From an uncultured virus (IMG/VR IMGVR_UViG_3300032007_004036) (lineage: Duplodnaviria; Heunggongvirae; Uroviricota; Caudoviricetes), in IMG/VR virus record IMGVR_UViG_3300032007_004036: a stretch of DNA of 64,000 nucleotides. The stretch is one strand, 5' to 3'. Numbering within the stretch: position 1 is the first letter of the stretch; each line of letters begins with the position of its first letter. Of the stretch, positions 36,010 to 45,979 are shown in pieces. The translations under genes were made by a program, and so were the position numbers. The notes under the pieces were generated by a model. It saw only the letters and a program-made list of their open reading frames with translations, was not told where the DNA came from and made no database searches.

Positions 36010-39000
36010 TTAGCAGCCATATATTTCCTTGAACTTCTCGTAGAGAGGAGTCTCGACGAAGTTGACGACTCTGCCTTTCATGGTCAGTGCCTCGTTCTCG
36101 CCAGTCTCCTTATTGTAGCCGTCAAATTCAAGGATTGTGTCGCCAGCCTTGAACTTGTTGAAGCCAGCATCAACAGCGTTGCTGTAGCCGAGCTTCTGCG
36201 CCACTCTGTCCTCAGACTTGCCGGGACGACAGAAGCTCTTCATATTAGCCTGCTTCATCACGTCAAGGTGTGAGCTACCCTGATTATAATAATCTTGCGT
36301 AGCTCCTATCAGAGCTGTGTGGAACTTACGCCCCTGTTTAACAATCGTCTGAAGCGGTGAGCCCGTGCTGAAATCCTGATCTATAAGCTCGTCTATCACA
36401 ATGGATAGAAAGCCATTGTCATGGGACATCTGCCAGTTGAAGAGGCTTCCGACCATCATATCGAGAAGCTGATGTGTGCTGTCACCGACCTCGTTACCGA
36501 GGTTTATAACTATGATCTTACGTTCCTGCAAGAACAGGTCGTCCCAGGTCTGCTCCTCGTATCCTACTTCATTGATGTCATCAAGGACTGACTGAACGCA
36601 GTCAGCCACACCAGCACCAAAACCTCCAGTTTTCTCTAATTCAGAGCAAAGGTTATTCAGAGATACCGAGTATTCTTTATCTTTGAGATAGTCAGATAAG
36701 AAGCCCTTCAGCTTTCGTGATGTACCCTTGTCGATAGGTCCTGTAGCTGCTCTGAGAACACTGTATATAGCTCTCTTTTTGTCAGGAAGAGTCTCACAGC
36801 CTCTCAGTGAGCCGAGGTCAACTGGTATCATATCCATGCCGTATTCAGCACCGATATTGATAAAACGGAAGAGTTCCTCAACTACTTCAGGTGGAAGCAT
36901 CTTAAGGAGCTTTTCCTTAGTGTAACTGCCGCTGACATCAAACACAACAACGATTTGACCGAGCATAAAAAGCATACAGATTATCTGAGCAATAGCCCAA
37001 CTTTTGCCGGATCCGGTTTTGCCTGTGCCGAAGTAGATGTTCGACTCTTCAGCTGCATAGCGAAGCATCTTGCCTGCGAATCTTCCATCAACCGTCTTAA
37101 TCAACGGCAGGAAGCCTTCTCTCGGTATCTCATCGTACTTGAACAGGTTCGCCTCTTTATCCAACAACTCGAATCTAAGCTTGTTCTCCTGCGTAAGCAG
37201 CTTATAGCTTATTGCGTGTACATATAGAGGATACGGAATGCCGTCAGAGGTTTCAGCCGCTATCCTCACGCTTTTTTCATCCCTTGGATTCTTGGGAAGG
37301 TATCCTCCACTGTAAAGAGCAGCAGTCAAGCTGTCGGTATCAGCTACAGAGGACATTTCGTTCTTAGCAATGTCAAAGCTGTCAGCCGTTTCCACATAGA
37401 TCCGGCGTTCATCCTTATCAACTACTATCGTATGACTGCCCTTATCAAACGGAGTTGTCTCTTCCTTCAATATCAAGCGGTAATAGCCCTCAGCGATCTT
37501 CTGGTTGAGAATCTTTCCGTACTCGGAGCAGATCACGTCGTACAGCGGCTGTATCTCCTGCTCCTGAGAGCAAAGCCATTCTTGTATATACTGTTCGATA
37601 TCTGGACAGAACAGCGGTGTGTACCACTCGTTGTAGATCCGCAATGCCGTCATTAACATGATATAGGTATTGTGCTTGGATGAAGGGAGTGCAGTAGGAA
37701 TATTGTTTTGTATCTCATCGACGTGCTTGTTAAAAGCTTTGATGAAATTGCCGCAGTTGCAGCCATATTCGGTTCTGAGAATCATATTCGCATCCAAGCG
37801 TTTGAGTGCGGTTCTATACGTCTCAACCGAATACTCTGTTGTCGTATCGCTGAACTTAAGTACACATCGCTTATCCGGCGGAATATATATATCAGCCCAT
37901 TGTGATATGAGCGCTGTAATATGATGTGCGGTCTTATCGTTTCCGCCTGCACTGCTTGTATCATTGATAAGCAAGTCGTAGCCTTTCTCCGCCTTCTTTA
38001 CCTGATCGGCAGCGTATACATCCACTGCTACCACAACGCCGTCATTAACGGTCTCCAAATCAAACTTTAAAGGCCTGACATTCGGGCCTATAGGTGGTGC
38101 ATCGAGAGAGTCATACCTTGTGTTCTTCAATAATGCAACAGGAAGGTTGCTGGGAATCTCGGCAGAAGGTTTTACAATCAGCGTGTTATCTGAACATTTA
38201 GACTTCTCTGCAAAGAAGCTCTGATGAAAACTTGCCATTCTGCACAGCAATGCGACCTCTAATTCCTTTTGTCCTGCAAACAGTGGAGCCAATATTGGAG
38301 TCACATCAATTGTCCTCAAGTCGCTTGAGGGTGGGAATTGCCGGCAAGTCACAGAAGACGGAAGATATTTGAATAATTCTTTGCGGAGCATTCGCGGCGG
38401 AGTGAAATGAATTTTACCGTCGAGGCATCTCGAGAAACCTTGCCGCTCCCCAACATACTCTAAGGAATCGTGTGAAGGAACTGCTATTCGCTTACCTATT
38501 ATGTATAATAGGAGCTTGCCGACTTCCTTGGAATCACAAGCTGTCTGTCCCTTGAGCTGAGGAAAACAACTAAGTATGCGCTCGGGAGTATATTTGCTCT
38601 GCGGAATAGCCGCTGTCGCTGCCGGAACATTGATTCCAGGTGTGTAACCTACAACGAGATTGTCAAAACCCGAAAAGTCATTGTTATATACTTTAAGCCA
38701 ATTTAACTTAAAAGACATAACAAAAGAGGCTGAAAGAAATTTGCCTTTTCTTAGCTTCATCTTGAACCAAATCGTCCCCTCGTTGTCACTGACGTACATG
38801 TCCTGGCTCAGTCGTGAGATAAAAAGTGGATTTCTTAACAATTCCGCCATGTTGCTAAACTGGCCGGCAATCTTGTTAAGATTCTTGTCGTAGACAGTCA
38901 GTCGAAGTCCGAGATCCTTCTGAAGGCTTACGAGTTCAGTTGCTGTTTGTAGCGCAGCTGTGTACTGTGCATCAGGATTTGTTACCTGACTTTGTTGTTG

Positions 39001-39033
39001 TGCCGGAATTGGCACAGATGAGGGAAAATTCAT
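36010..39033 (-). CDS. Large protein with C-terminal HerA/FtsK/VirB4-like ATPase
   Basis: GTGKTGSGKS, VVFDVSGSY, IVIDE, QGRKF...IGATQ; AGGAGG RBS before ATG 39033. Confidence 0.85.
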   Translation of the reverse strand: MNFPSSVPIPAQQQSQVTNPDAQYTAALQTATELVSLQKDLGLRLTVYDKNLNKIAGQFSNMAELLRNPLFISRLSQDMYVSDNEGTIWFKMKLRKGKFLSASFVMSFKLNWLKVYNNDFSGFDNLVVGYTPGINVPAATAAIPQSKYTPERILSCFPQLKGQTACDSKEVGKLLLYIIGKRIAVPSHDSLEYVGERQGFSRCLDGKIHFTPPRMLRKELFKYLPSSVTCRQFPPSSDLRTIDVTPILAPLFAGQKELEVALLCRMASFHQSFFAEKSKCSDNTLIVKPSAEIPSNLPVALLKNTRYDSLDAPPIGPNVRPLKFDLETVNDGVVVAVDVYAADQVKKAEKGYDLLINDTSSAGGNDKTAHHITALISQWADIYIPPDKRCVLKFSDTTTEYSVETYRTALKRLDANMILRTEYGCNCGNFIKAFNKHVDEIQNNIPTALPSSKHNTYIMLMTALRIYNEWYTPLFCPDIEQYIQEWLCSQEQEIQPLYDVICSEYGKILNQKIAEGYYRLILKEETTPFDKGSHTIVVDKDERRIYVETADSFDIAKNEMSSVADTDSLTAALYSGGYLPKNPRDEKSVRIAAETSDGIPYPLYVHAISYKLLTQENKLRFELLDKEANLFKYDEIPREGFLPLIKTVDGRFAGKMLRYAAEESNIYFGTGKTGSGKSWAIAQIICMLFMLGQIVVVFDVSGSYTKEKLLKMLPPEVVEELFRFINIGAEYGMDMIPVDLGSLRGCETLPDKKRAIYSVLRAATGPIDKGTSRKLKGFLSDYLKDKEYSVSLNNLCSELEKTGGFGAGVADCVQSVLDDINEVGYEEQTWDDLFLQERKIIVINLGNEVGDSTHQLLDMMVGSLFNWQMSHDNGFLSIVIDELIDQDFSTGSPLQTIVKQGRKFHTALIGATQDYYNQGSSHLDVMKQANMKSFCRPGKSEDRVAQKLGYSNAVDAGFNKFKAGDTILEFDGYNKETGENEALTMKGRVVNFVETPLYEKFKEIYGC

Positions 39034-39202
39034 ATCGTCCCATCCTCCTTTAAAAATTTTATCATTTGGCGTGAAATGCGGTGGAAAAATGAATCTTCTA
39101 TTCGCTACGCTGAAAAAGTGTTCTTTTTTCATCAGTATCAGAAACTGTTTTTTTCGGTACCGCATTTTTAAGCACTCAGCACATTTTTTTGGAATCCGAG
39201 TG

Positions 39203-39299
39203 TTGCCAGCTCCATTTCAACGTGCTATAATGTGATTGTATTTTTTGAAAGAAGACGAGACGGGATTTTTCAAACTTACATCTTGTCTCATCTTCTTTT
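39203..39299 (+). promoter_or_regulatory. Promoter plus long leader hairpin and T-run
   Basis: TTGCCA-N17-TATAAT; hairpin 39248-39298. Confidence 0.65.
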
Positions 39300-39343
39300 A
39301 GCGAGTATTATATTGCTTGAACAACATTTTGGGAGGTATTATA

Positions 39344-40285
39344 ATGCCAGGAACAGAAATATCCTTTGCAGAGTATGCGCAAGCATTCTATGAGACCGTT
39401 TATGACAGTAAACCACCAAAGGCTTTATTTATGAAAGAATTTCTAATAATTGGGCTGAATGATTATCAAAAAGAAACCATCAATGATATATTCCCGACGA
39501 TAATAAACGACAACGGAAAGCGCATTATAGAAAAGAACAAGGCCGATCGACTACGAAAATATCTCCGAGGTGAGAATGGTATCAGTGACCTCATCAGTGA
39601 GCTTGGATGGAAATTCGACTCAGAATTCAAGAGGCGATATATTGAGGAGTTGCAAGAATTTGATGAATCGAAGCTGATAGAGTTTGCCCAAAGATTCCAG
39701 CTAGATGTAGACGAAGACAATATCGATCAAGTTTCAGAAGCTATCGCCGACTTGTATATTGCTATAATTAATAATGAATCCTCGAAGAAATTCTCAAAGG
39801 CAAGCAAGATAACAATAATTTCTAAACCAGACAAGAAAGAATTATTTTCTTCATATACGCTTAATAAGTCTGAGAAGCAGGCGATTATTAATATCTGTAA
39901 ACTGATAAAAACTGAGCTGAAACAACTAGAATCTCATACTACTAAAATCAGCAATAAGCGCAATGAGCTAAAAAAGCTCACTGATTCCGCGGAAAACAAA
40001 CACTGGAAAAAGTATCTTGAAGCCGAAATCTCATCATATATTAGACGACTTGACAAAAGCTTCGCTAAGTTAGAACAACTATGCGCTGATTTGTCTGCCT
40101 TACTCGCTCCTAAACGGGTTATGGATGAAGAATACGCTAAACTAAACACGTGCGCGATTAATATCTGCAATGATAGGTATAAATCGACGTGCCATGCTGG
40201 TTATGATTTTGATGCACTTTGGCAATTGATATCGCAGTTTGATAAAAGTATTGACAATGTACTTGGCGCTATAGATAAGGGTTAA
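39344..40285 (+). CDS. Hypothetical alpha-helical protein
   Basis: GGAGG RBS; AT-rich ORF. Confidence 0.8.
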   Translation: MPGTEISFAEYAQAFYETVYDSKPPKALFMKEFLIIGLNDYQKETINDIFPTIINDNGKRIIEKNKADRLRKYLRGENGISDLISELGWKFDSEFKRRYIEELQEFDESKLIEFAQRFQLDVDEDNIDQVSEAIADLYIAIINNESSKKFSKASKITIISKPDKKELFSSYTLNKSEKQAIINICKLIKTELKQLESHTTKISNKRNELKKLTDSAENKHWKKYLEAEISSYIRRLDKSFAKLEQLCADLSALLAPKRVMDEEYAKLNTCAINICNDRYKSTCHAGYDFDALWQLISQFDKSIDNVLGAIDKG

Positions 40286-40385
40286 GTGTGTCAGTAGAGC
40301 TTAGTCTATTGACGCACTCAAAAACTGTGTCATTTAAGTTGTTTTTCGGCTTTTGAAATATGTCAGATAAAAATGACACCCTATT
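40286..40385. other. Putative res site of the resolvase
   Basis: Several TGTCA / TGAC(A/G) inverted half-sites with different spacers next to the resolvase gene. Confidence 0.5.
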
Positions 40386-40422
40386 GAAAGAGTTTGAGCC
40401 GGCAGTGCCGGCTCAATTCTAT

Positions 40423-40995
40423 TTATGTAATCTTTCTTTTGTACTCTCTTATCCGACGATAGAAAGTGTTGGCTTGAAGCCCCATTTGTTTCTGAAATTC
40501 AACGGCTGTGATATTTCCTAACTTCCACTGCTCGTACAGTTGACCGAACTTTATCCAGTCGATAGGTAAAGGTTGTCTGCCTTTGTACTTGCCCTGAGAC
40601 TTGGCGATGGCGATACCTTCACGCTGTCTCTGTAGGGTTTGTTCACGTTCAAGCTCTGAGAGCGCCGCAAATATCGACAGCACAAAGCGTCCCTGCGGAG
40701 TGTTGGTATCTATATTCTCCTTGCTGCTGACAAGAGTAACGCCCTTTTTCTGGAGCACATCAATTATGTTGAGCAGGTCGCGGGTCGAACGTCCGAGCCT
40801 GCTGATGCTTTCAATATATAGGGTATCTCCCTCGCGGACATATTCCAGCATCGCTTTTAGCTCGGGACGGTTGGCGTTCTTACCGGACATCTTCTCAGCG
40901 AACACACGCTCTACCTGATACTGCTCCATGATAGCTTCCTGACGAGCTGTCTCCTGATGTTCAGTTGAGACGCGAATGTATCCTATCTTGCCCAT
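40423..40995 (-). CDS. Small serine recombinase (resolvase/invertase)
   Basis: GYIRVST..Q, SGK...RPEL, SRLGRS, C-terminal HTH; TGATG overlap with the GATase gene. Confidence 0.93.
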   Translation of the reverse strand: MGKIGYIRVSTEHQETARQEAIMEQYQVERVFAEKMSGKNANRPELKAMLEYVREGDTLYIESISRLGRSTRDLLNIIDVLQKKGVTLVSSKENIDTNTPQGRFVLSIFAALSELEREQTLQRQREGIAIAKSQGKYKGRQPLPIDWIKFGQLYEQWKLGNITAVEFQKQMGLQANTFYRRIREYKRKIT

Positions 40996-41990
40996 CACCA
41001 GACAACTCCATAGCAACTCTCATACTTTTCTTCTCCGAGCATATATTTAACATCCCTGAGAGCTTCATGGAGCAGGTTCGTATCCATGAGCATTTCTTCA
41101 ATCTCATCGCAGGTATAGCCATACTCCAGCAAAAGCTCAACGTCCTCACTGTCAACGCCATAGCAGCCGCACATAAGAAGCAGGTTATTTTCGTAATCGT
41201 CATAATTCTTGCTGTTCATCCCGTAGTCAAACCAGTTATACAGGCGGCGTGAGCGATATGAATAGCGAGGCTCGATGTAGTCGAAACTGCTTATAGAAAG
41301 CTTACCGTCAGCATCAATGCAGACAATACTTCCGTTCTCCACTTTTATATTCTCGCACATAGCATTGAAACGCACTCTTTTGAGAGCTTCTACGAGTATC
41401 TCCGTTGTTGATGCGTAGAGGTAAAGTCCATACTCAGGAAAATGTAAAAGAGTAAGTGGATTATCGCCTTTTACAAGGAACAGCGAATTATCATCTCTCA
41501 GGACTGTGAACACAAAGCTACCGATAACGGTTTCTGCTACTGTTTTTAATGCAGTACTGTCAACGGCATTCAGTTTCTCCAAGAGCTGCACAGCAACATA
41601 GCTGTCGGTTTCAATTTTTGTTTCAGGGAAATGCTCGCTCTTTTGTAGAGACAAGTCATTATAGATAACTCCATTGTGAGCGAGAGAAAAACTGTGAGTT
41701 ATAGTTTTTCCCTCGAATGGATGATTGTTCCAATTATGCTTTGCATCGCCCTGTGTTGTCATTCGATTGTGACCGATAAGTGCTGTTGTGTTAGCAGGAA
41801 ACACAAGCTTCATTCTGTGAGCAGGCTTTGCTTTCTTGAATGTGAATACTCTGCCGTTTCTGACATAGCTAATCCCTGTTGCATCAGTTCCTCTACTCTC
41901 GGCGTTTATCGATATCTCGCGCAGAATCTTAGTCAGCAGCTTATGCGGTATCTTTTTTCCGTAGTTCAAAAATCCATATACAGCGCACAT
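40995..41990 (-). CDS. Class II (Ntn) glutamine amidotransferase
   Basis: Start M-C-A-V-Y-G (catalytic Cys), RGTDATG, GHNR, NNHPF, AHNGVI, TDS. Confidence 0.9.
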   Translation of the reverse strand: MCAVYGFLNYGKKIPHKLLTKILREISINAESRGTDATGISYVRNGRVFTFKKAKPAHRMKLVFPANTTALIGHNRMTTQGDAKHNWNNHPFEGKTITHSFSLAHNGVIYNDLSLQKSEHFPETKIETDSYVAVQLLEKLNAVDSTALKTVAETVIGSFVFTVLRDDNSLFLVKGDNPLTLLHFPEYGLYLYASTTEILVEALKRVRFNAMCENIKVENGSIVCIDADGKLSISSFDYIEPRYSYRSRRLYNWFDYGMNSKNYDDYENNLLLMCGCYGVDSEDVELLLEYGYTCDEIEEMLMDTNLLHEALRDVKYMLGEEKYESCYGVVW

Positions 41991-41994
41991 CAGA

Positions 41995-42171
41995 TTACTC
42001 CTCCTTCTCAGTGTGGGTTTCAAATGTTGGGATATTGGGACGAGGTGTTTCCTGTAACATTTTTTCTAGCCGCTTCACAAGCAGAGTTGCTGTGAGAAAT
42101 GTCGCAATTTTAAGTATTTCACCGACAGGGCTTGCGGTCGGGATAGCCTTGATTATTCTATCAAATTTCAT
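41995..42171 (-). CDS. 58-aa protein (MKFDRIIKAIPTASPVGEILKIATFLTATLLVKRLE...EKEE)
   Basis: Translated by hand; exactly fills the amidoligase-GATase gap; GAGGAGG RBS. Confidence 0.65.
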   Translation of the reverse strand: MKFDRIIKAIPTASPVGEILKIATFLTATLLVKRLEKMLQETPRPNIPTFETHTEKEE

Positions 42172-43269
42172 TTATATATCCTCCTCAGTATTTTCAATTT
42201 CGTTTATGTAGAGTCTGCGCTCCTTCAGATACTGGATCAACTCCGGTTCCTTGATGATGCTGACGAATTCGGACCACGACAGCTTATGCAGACCATCTTC
42301 GCTATAGTTCAGCGCAACGTCGATTATCGCATTTACAAGCTCCAGAGTCGCCATAAAGGTATTCAGTTTCAGTGTTCCTCTGAACATACGGAACTCTATG
42401 GTCGAATAATTCATAAGGTTCACCGCAGCGTAACGCCCGTTATTGCCTTTCTTCGCTTTATCGAGGATAGCACGGGCTGAATTCTCATAACCGTAACGAG
42501 ATGCCCACCTATTCATAGCATACTCAGAACGGCGGGAGAATTTCAGGAGCTCATTCCAATGGTGCTCCACGAAGTAGAGAATGCGACTGATGACCTCGTC
42601 CTGCTCATCCTTAGATTCACCGAGGCAGTTGCGATTCACATGAACGTGCAGTCCACAGGTACTTGTTTGATGTGAGCGATATCCCAGATATATAGCTTTT
42701 TTCATTATCTCGTCCCAGCAAAAGGACTTGTGGTATTCAAGGCTCATGGGGTGACTGACGAGCTCTAAACCTTCATCAAGCGAACCGTCGGATTTTACAT
42801 AAATATGCTCGCCGTGAACATTAGCAATCTCCTTGAGAATGCGGGCGTTATCATCGTCCTTTCCACCGTAGTCTATTTCGAGTTCTACGCCGAAAAAGCG
42901 TGTTCCATCGCCGTAGAATATCGGCTCGGGCTTGTAGCTGTACTCCTCGATTTCAGTACTCAAATTGTCATAGCACCTGTCACAGTAAGGTGAATCGCCA
43001 TTCCAGTTGACGTAGTCATCATGTATTATGCGGTTGCAGGATTCGCAGCGGTGGTAGAAATCGTTAAAGCAGCTCTGACAAAGCGTTGTGTCGTCGTCTT
43101 GTACCGAATCATCAATGATAATTCTTTCTCCACACCTGTCGCAAGTTACCGTATTCTCATCTATGCAGGCATCGCACCATATCTGACCGTTGATTGTGTC
43201 GTAATCCTCGTCCTCGATACGCTCGCCGCAGTGAGCACAGTATATCGCATTTTTGTTATTATCTTCCAT
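42172..43269 (-). CDS. Amidoligase (COOH-NH2 ligase, Amidoligase_2-like) with N-terminal CxxC zinc-ribbon repeats
   Basis: FGVELE, DGSL..GLELVS.P, CGLHVHV, RYAAVN, TIEFR; six CxxC pairs. Confidence 0.9.
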   Translation of the reverse strand: MEDNNKNAIYCAHCGERIEDEDYDTINGQIWCDACIDENTVTCDRCGERIIIDDSVQDDDTTLCQSCFNDFYHRCESCNRIIHDDYVNWNGDSPYCDRCYDNLSTEIEEYSYKPEPIFYGDGTRFFGVELEIDYGGKDDDNARILKEIANVHGEHIYVKSDGSLDEGLELVSHPMSLEYHKSFCWDEIMKKAIYLGYRSHQTSTCGLHVHVNRNCLGESKDEQDEVISRILYFVEHHWNELLKFSRRSEYAMNRWASRYGYENSARAILDKAKKGNNGRYAAVNLMNYSTIEFRMFRGTLKLNTFMATLELVNAIIDVALNYSEDGLHKLSWSEFVSIIKEPELIQYLKERRLYINEIENTEEDI

Positions 43270-43328
43270 TGTAAAAACCTCCATAAAATAGATTGAGCCG
43301 TCCCGAAGGACGGCTGTATTGTAAATAA

Positions 43329-43577
43329 TCATTTGTCGCTGCCTATAAGACCGACTGCTACCCTTGCTCCAAGCTGGAGCCCTGAGCGTACACCTGAGTT
43401 GAACGCCGCAGCAGTCAGAGCTGATGCGATATCGTCAAGTTCCGTAGACTTCTCAGCTTTCAGTTCTTCTGAAAACTCATGCAGCAGTGCCGTTGATTTC
43501 AGATAATCGCTGTTGTTACAAAGCTGAGAATCCAATGTGATAGCAAACTTCTCCGCAAGTTCATCAAGTATGTCCAT
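43329..43577 (-). CDS. Small helical hypothetical protein
   Basis: GGAGGTG RBS before ATG 43577. Confidence 0.7.
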   Translation of the reverse strand: MDILDELAEKFAITLDSQLCNNSDYLKSTALLHEFSEELKAEKSTELDDIASALTAAAFNSGVRSGLQLGARVAVGLIGSDK

Positions 43578-43641
43578 AGTTATCACCTCCCGAATAATAT
43601 ATAAAACAGAAAACCGCTCCCGAAGGAGCGACATCGTCTTA

Positions 43642-43926
43642 TTAGTATTCACTTGCGAGCAGCATTGTTGAGTGGTCGCCGTCGTCAATAATATAGACCT
43701 TTTCGGCGATTGGATTTTCCATCGGAATAACATATTCCATCTTGTACACAGGTTCTTCCGAACGGTGCGTTATTGACTGTAGTATACCTACGGGCTTCAG
43801 CTCGAACACCTGCAAATAGTCCTTTGGAGCAGGCATACGGTCTACGCACTCCCATAGGAATAACTGCAATTCTAATGGGATAGTGCTGTCTACTCCGCAG
43901 GTCAGATAGCGTTTATTGTTGAACAT
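43642..43926 (-). CDS. DUF960-family protein
   Basis: RYLTCGV...PLELQLFLW...DYLQVF...VYIIDDG..STMLLASEY. Confidence 0.85.
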   Translation of the reverse strand: MFNNKRYLTCGVDSTIPLELQLFLWECVDRMPAPKDYLQVFELKPVGILQSITHRSEEPVYKMEYVIPMENPIAEKVYIIDDGDHSTMLLASEY

Positions 43927-44279
43927 TATTTTTCTCCTTTCTTAATCAGATTACCACGGACGTGATATCAGAATAATAATGTATATCCTGAAAGTCCGAA
44001 AAATAGGAGAAAACGCATTTTTGGGATATATATTATTACTCGGAAGAGGTAAAAGTACTACATAAATATGAAAAAATACTACATTAGTATAATAGGAGCG
44101 AAGCGACGCCTGCAAGAAGTATAATATATCAATAATAATAACAATGAATGAGTAATGAAGACTATAAGACTTATGATACATATACAGCTATACATGGAAC
44201 ATTACATACGGTTATATTAGTATAATTATACGCGCTGGATTTCCTTGCCCCTAAAATACATTTTATGGAGGGCTTTACA

Positions 44280-44549
44280 ATGAAAGCTGAAACAGATAAG
44301 AAAAACAAGAGAACTTCTGTTACGATGACAAATGAGGACTTTGATATCATAGAACAGAAGGCAAAGAAAAGAGGACTGTCAGTTAGTCCTTTTATGGTGG
44401 AATGTTCGGTTCATTCACAGGAGTGCTTAACTCCCGAAAATAAGGCGAAAATTCAGAATCTTGTGAATAAGGTCTGCATGATCGCTGAGGAGATAGCTCC
44501 TGACAGAATAGATGAGATAAGAATGGAGGCTGACGGACTGTGGTACTGA
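44280..44549 (+). CDS. MobC-like RHH relaxosome accessory protein
   Basis: TSVTMTNEDFDIIEQKAKKRGLSVSPFM; overlaps the relaxase gene. Confidence 0.75.
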   Translation: MKAETDKKNKRTSVTMTNEDFDIIEQKAKKRGLSVSPFMVECSVHSQECLTPENKAKIQNLVNKVCMIAEEIAPDRIDEIRMEADGLWY

Positions 44550-45040
44550 TAAAGTCAAAAAAGTGCTCAGATGGTTATGACAGCGGCTATCTTTACAAGG
44601 CTTTGAACTATCTCTACGATAAGGAAAAAGCTCTTCATATCGGCGGATATGGGGTTGATCCCTACGATCTGAAAAAGACCTATGAGCAGATGCTATATGT
44701 TAAAAATTACTATCATGAAACTCAGGAGAATCCTATTATGCACTTCATAGTATCATTCGGCGATGAAGTCCGTACTTATGAAAAAGCAAAGGCGTGGGCT
44801 ATCCTCATTGGAGCATTTTTCAAGAATCAATACCAGCTCTTATGGGCTGTTCACAAAAAGAAGCGTGGTGAGTCGCTGTTCCACGTTCACTTCATAATGA
44901 ATACGGTGAGCTTCGTTGACGGCAAGCTCTACAACAGCTCCCGCGCACATCTCACCGACTTCTGTAAGTACGTTGAGCGCGTCACCGGATCGCCTTGCAA
45001 ATACTATTTTTCGGATCCGCGCACCTCAGATGATGTGTGA
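44540..45040 (+). CDS. Short MOBP/VirD2-like relaxase
   Basis: ALNYL, MHFIVSF, AVH...FHVHFIMN. Confidence 0.85.
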   Translation: MVLIKSKKCSDGYDSGYLYKALNYLYDKEKALHIGGYGVDPYDLKKTYEQMLYVKNYYHETQENPIMHFIVSFGDEVRTYEKAKAWAILIGAFFKNQYQLLWAVHKKKRGESLFHVHFIMNTVSFVDGKLYNSSRAHLTDFCKYVERVTGSPCKYYFSDPRTSDDV

Positions 45041-45160
45041 GATTTATTTAGTGAGCGACTACTATTAAAAATCAACTGACAAACAGCAAGGGTATTTGAT
45101 CGTTTCCTCCCCGTTATGGGGAGGAGCTGTTTGTCAAATCAAAATAATTATTCAGAACAC

Positions 45161-45272
45161 TTGACATTCGTGTGCTTCCGTGATATACTAAGTACAGTAA
45201 AAATTAAAGGCATTGAATTTTAGGCGCGTTACACCTAAGGGTGTACTGTGTTCAAAATTCAATGCCTTTTTT
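45161..45272 (+). promoter_or_regulatory. Promoter plus long G-U-rich hairpin and T-run
   Basis: TTGACA-N17-TATACT; 16-bp perfect outer stem 45206-45221/45254-45269. Confidence 0.7.
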
Positions 45273-45370
45273 GTTATGTCAGCAGCTTGACAAACCGCGT
45301 CGGGAGACGCTGACGAGCCGCCGGCTCAACCCATTCACACACGGTAAACCATGCTTCTATTAAAGGAGGA

Positions 45371-45958
45371 ATGATTATGAGTACAGTACCCGAAATGGAA
45401 CCTTTATTTGAACTGACACCTGAATATTCTACAGAAGAGGAAAGGCTTGAGTTCCTCCTTGACCTTCTATCCTCTGATGACAGAATTAATGATAGTCTTG
45501 ATGATGATCTATTCGATTTTGAAGACGATGAAGACTACACTTCTTGCGAAGACGATATTACTTTGGAAGACGAAGAAGACGATGAATACGAATACTTATA
45601 CGGGAGGAGTTTTTATCAGGCGACTTTCGAGCCGAGAAAGTGCCAGATAGAGGGACTGACAATGGAGAATGCAGAGTTCGCAGACAGGACATTCGGTAAT
45701 TTTTATCTCGAAAACGTTACTTTCAATAATGTCTCTTTCAAAAACTGCACTTTTGACCGAATCTACTGCGAAAGCGCAAAGTTCATACACTGCGAATTTG
45801 AGGACTGCAATATTAATTATTTTTCGGGCGAAGGATACGGATTCATTGACTGTATATTTACAAGATGCCATTGGCTCAGTAGTAACTGCATAGACGACTG
45901 CTATTTCTATAGAAAATGCGAGTACAACGACTGCCAGGTGGACTTCGACGAAGACTGA
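45371..45958 (+). CDS. Pentapeptide-repeat protein with acidic N-terminus
   Basis: NAEFA DRTFG NFYLE NVTFN NVSFK NCTFD... Confidence 0.85.
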   Translation: MIMSTVPEMEPLFELTPEYSTEEERLEFLLDLLSSDDRINDSLDDDLFDFEDDEDYTSCEDDITLEDEEDDEYEYLYGRSFYQATFEPRKCQIEGLTMENAEFADRTFGNFYLENVTFNNVSFKNCTFDRIYCESAKFIHCEFEDCNINYFSGEGYGFIDCIFTRCHWLSSNCIDDCYFYRKCEYNDCQVDFDED

Positions 45959-45979
45959 ATGAAAGGGAAAGGTGTTTAT

